The position numbers and the translations under genes were made by a program. The notes beneath the pieces are model-generated. The model was not told the DNA's origin and did not search any database. It saw nothing but the letters and a program-made list of their open reading frames with translations. A stretch of 62,803 bases of DNA, the filler included, from Craspedostauros australis (lineage: Eukaryota): NCBI GenBank assembly GCA_030167865.1. It is 12 parts of 12 records of this genome, joined end to end, with 100 filler letters (N's around TTAATTAATTAA, not from the genome) between each part and the next. Parts side by side here need not be neighbours in the genome. Positions count along the whole stretch, not along the records: positions 57,924 to 60,014 come from JALAGF010006048.1; positions 60,115 to 62,803 come from JALAGF010006050.1; 10 more parts are not named here. One strand, 5' to 3'. This document shows, piece after piece, positions 59,249-62,803 of the stretch (position 1 is the first letter of the stretch; each line of letters starts with the position of its first letter).

Positions 59249-59998
59249 GTTGATAGTCGTCTGTTTGCTATTTCATTACTTGGCTACTCCGATCCTCTCG
59301 GTGTACGCCGTTCTCTCGCCCGATGCTCTTGGCGCTTCAATCTGTTTCGTAGATTCAGTCTCCGACTATGAGTCGGTACGCGAGATCCTCTCTCGCTCCT
59401 CTCTGTATTCTCTCTCTCTATATCGTGTGCTCGTGCTACACGATACTTCGTGTTCGATGCGCACTCCGCATTCGACACTCTGTTCATTCAGTACTGGTTC
59501 CTACTCCATGAGTACTTGCCATTTGAAGTTCACCTTCAGTATCCATGATCTTCATGGGTCATCGTATCTTTGCCTCCTGCTCTGACTTGGAGACAGCTGT
59601 CGACGTGGTGACATGTTGACATCCTGTCAACGTCAGTAGGTGTCCTTCTGCTCTCCAGATGTCACGTTTCATTGGTGATGCTGTAGTCTGTCAGATGATA
59701 TTGTCATCTGAGGTTTAGTTGGGAAGTACCTCGAGATTCTCTTGGTACCATTGATGCATGGACGGACGATCTTCTGATTCTCCCAGAAATCGTTATTTGC
59801 AAATTTCCTCCAGAAATCTTGCCCCTTTTCGTGTGTTCCGCTTCCTCTGTAATTCTGACGAATCACAGCATACTATCGACACGAGTGTAGTTATACCGTC
59901 CAAGTGCGTATGAGAGAATAATGGGTGAATGATGCACATATACACGTACATCTTGACATATACTCACATGTACATCTCGACACCCTTCCTGTGTGCAT
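59249..59998 (-). mobile_element. 3' LTR (59982 to 59249, truncated) with its polypurine tract
   Basis: Reverse complement of the 37598 copy, including ATGCACACAGGAAGGG. Confidence 0.88.
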
Positions 59999-60114
59999 TC
60001 GGTCATTCGAATGTNNNNNNNNNNNNNNNNNNNNNNNNNNNNNNNNNNNNNNNNNNNNTTAATTAATTAANNNNNNNNNNNNNNNNNNNNNNNNNNNNNN
60101 NNNNNNNNNNNNNN

Positions 60115-61538
60115 CCATCATCGCTGCTGCTTCCGTTGCTGCTTCCATCATCGCTGTCGCTGTCGCTGATACCGCTGAGGGTGGGTGGGCACTTCGAAGG
60201 CTTGAATCGGATCTCAGCGATGGATCCAGATCCGAAGTACTCAAATTGGATTCGTTGAAGGTCGGAATACATGGTCTTCTGGTTTTCATCTTGGTCGAAG
60301 GAGTCCGACCACAGCCCGTTGTTTCCTGCCAGGGCCGTGTCGTACTCATTGGTGCGAGGGTCTTTGGTCACATCTTCACCGGTCTTCCAGACCCTGATCT
60401 TTGGTGCGTTACCGTCGTCAGAGTCAAGAAGCTTGGCGTATGTGAATTGCACATCTCCAGCGATGGCATCGTTGAAGTCAAACGTGATCCATCCACCCGC
60501 TCCAGTGTCATCGGGGCATGACTTGGCTCCTTCTTGGATGACGAGGACATTTCCAAGGAGTTCGGATGGGCAGTTTCTCCAGGTCCCAGACTCACCTCCT
60601 TGTCCTTGTCCAGGTCCCGATGACTTCTTTCCAGGCGTTGACAATGAGCATTGGTTGTTGGGAGAGCCAAGGCTGAAATCACCATCATCGTCGTCCTCCG
60701 GATTGCACTTGGTGTTGCCACCGGCTGCGTTTGGCTTGTTGGTGTTGAAGACACGAACCGCGCCTCCTGCTTGGCTGTGGAGCGACTCATCCCATACATC
60801 GTCGGTGTACTTGGTGGGATTGTGCTCCTCGAAGCCGTATCGATCTTCCCAGGCAGAGCCGATGGGGAATTGCTTCTTGGGCAACGGGGTGAACCCGAGG
60901 CCAGAGTCGCTGGGCTTGGATTCGCCGATGATCTTCACACCGTACTTGTTCCAGTAGTCATCGAAGACGTAGGAATACTCCGGGAGGTCGTTGAAGTCCA
61001 AGACGACCTCGGGACACTCTGGATCTGGTCCGCCCAATGTTCCGATGCAAGTTGGGCTGCACATGATGCCGTAGGTGTACTTCACGGTCTCCTCGGAGGT
61101 GGAAACGTGACAACAGCCCGGAATGTGGGCATCTCCTTCCACACTTGGATCGACGACGAAGATATCAACGACTGTGATGGGATTGAGCATGGTGCAGCTG
61201 GCGGTGAAGGTGAGTGCGTTCCCGCCTGGTACGTTTTCGAAGGCTTCGCACTCAGATCCGCCCATGCCTCCTGTCTTGTATTGCACGATGACGTTGTCGG
61301 CTTCTTGCGGAGTCCAAACCTGGCTGACCTTGAACTTGACAGAGCTGCCATTCTGCTCGAGGATCTCGATAGCTGGGGCTGAGGTTTGCGTGCTGCCGAC
61401 TTGATGGATCTTCTGGAAGTCGTTGGGGCAGATTGCGGGCCCATCAGACGTTGTGGTCGGCGGGAGAAGATCGAAGATGGCGTTGGCCGGTGCGGGCGAC
61501 ATCAACGACACGGCGGCCGCGGAGAGGAAGAGCTTCAT
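60115..61538 (-). CDS. Secreted Cys-containing multidomain protein, diatom cell-surface type; 3'-truncated
   Basis: Signal MKLFLSAAAVSLMSPAPANA; domain 1 VKFKVSQ.W...VVDIFV.D...CC...YTY...C.P.C; domain 2 LDF...LGSPN..C...GPG.G.GG....NC...LGNVLVIQE....PDD...GG.I.FDF; Ser/Asp-rich tail. Confidence 0.8.
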
Positions 61539-62803
61539 GTTGCTTCGATGTTGTGCTTGTGTTTGTTTGTGTGTTTATTTGAGTTTTTGTTTTTGTGTGT
61601 GTGTGTGTTTGCTTGCTTGCTTGCTTGTTGATGATGTAATAGCGAAACTTGTTGCTGATTGTTATTATATGATCAACTGCCAGCACTCTCTGCGGACAGG
61701 ATATACTACCGTGTTGGAAGTTTGTTTTATTTGCGTGATAACTGTTTTTTGTGGATGCTTCGCAAGTTTCGGTGTTGTGAGATTGTGAGATTGTGAGAGT
61801 GAGAAGTCGTTGGCGAGTTGCGAATCCTCTCCCTCGTTTTCGTCGAAGGTGGGTCATTGTCGGAGAAGCTGCCTGAGAGGTGCGTTGAGCAAGTCGATCT
61901 CCTTCTCGCAAGATGTTGGGTATCTACCTACTAATCGTGTACTCTGCCCTGCACGCGCATCTACGAACTGTGGAGGTGAGTGAGGCACGAGCTTGCGGTT
62001 AGTGCCACGTGCCCAAGCAGCCAGAGTAGCCATGAGAAACTGAAAATCCCAGCTTGATAGCCCCTTGTTTGAATCGACCTGGTGAGATCTATCGACATCT
62101 GCTAAGCCGGTATGCAATGTCAGGCAAGAAGGGTTGATCTTGGGAGGGGCTTGGGTATTGCGGAGCTCGGTGGCAGATCGAATGGACACTGGGTCTTTTC
62201 TCAGTTTGCCCGGCCACGACAACATAACAAAGGACACAAAATCAGTCACTTATGCGCCGACGCAACAATCCATTTTGCCCAAGTGAGTCTGTCAAAGTGG
62301 AGTCTATGAGAAAGTGCTGCAAACGTACTTGGTCTTGGCACTCGAGTCTAAGAACTGGAATGACCCAAGCAGAGAGGGGGAGAGAGAGTTGTTGGCCTTT
62401 GCATGTTGACCTCTTGTACTGCTGGCCACCTACCATATAATCAGCGTCACATGAAATTGTTCTTGGTTCCGGTCGCACTTGTGCCAAGAGAAGAGGAGAG
62501 AAGCGAAACATCCAACCCTGCATGGTTGCTTGTCATCGTCTATCTGGATGAAAGATTGCTGTAGATGTGTGTTCGCGTTATTTCGTGTCTTGGAATCGCG
62601 GACCATGCGGGTCTTCGCCTTGCCATGTGTTCGGATTTAGCACCAGCACGAAGTGATTTCGTGAGCAAGACATGGCAGGCAGTTCGGCGGCTTCGCAGGG
62701 TCATCATTTTAACTGGTGAAGGGCTCAGGCACGTGCCCGGCGGGAACAACGGTGTCATAAATGACTATTTGCGCAGTCGCGCCTGCCATGATGCGGGAAT
62801 GAC

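Larger units (their letters stand above)
12693..60070. other. Artificial contig linkers TTAATTAATTAA within N runs at 12693, 15269, 17706, 20574, 33536, 35790, 39828, 51421, 54619, 57868 and 60059
   Basis: The identical 12-mer has stops in all six frames and is always embedded in N padding. Confidence 0.97.

Noticed and set aside
12693..60070. Recurrent TTAATTAATTAA motif as a biological repeat or recombination site
   Set aside because: It is always centred in N padding and has stops in all six frames, so it is an assembly linker.

Overview
This is a eukaryotic, most likely diatom, draft-genome window. The inference rests on GT-AG introns and diatom-type protein families. Eleven artificial N-TTAATTAATTAA-N linkers join the contigs, so adjacency across them is not evidence of linkage. 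Host genes: a cyclic-nucleotide phosphodiesterase C-terminus, an F-box/FIST protein, SQD2, an HPP-family membrane protein with a long GAF-like N-terminus, a lipoxygenase 3' half, a GH3 beta-glucosidase, a membrane-anchored dephospho-CoA kinase, a 4-exon type-I membrane EF-hand protein and several secreted hypothetical proteins. Mobile DNA is dense: a Crypton-like tyrosine-recombinase transposon, six copies of one ~0.8-0.9 kb LTR, Copia gag and RT fragments, a LINE-like remnant and two diverged copies of an unclassified element. The highlight is an apparently intact three-ORF tyrosine-recombinase (DIRS-like) retrotransposon at 43.8-51.0 kb. Its gag and pol are in the same frame, separated by a single TGA followed by CAATTA, the classic CARYYA stop-codon readthrough signal. 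Its pol also seems to carry methyltransferase-like remnants on both sides of RT-RNase H, and its recombinase ORF has no ATG before its first Cys motif.
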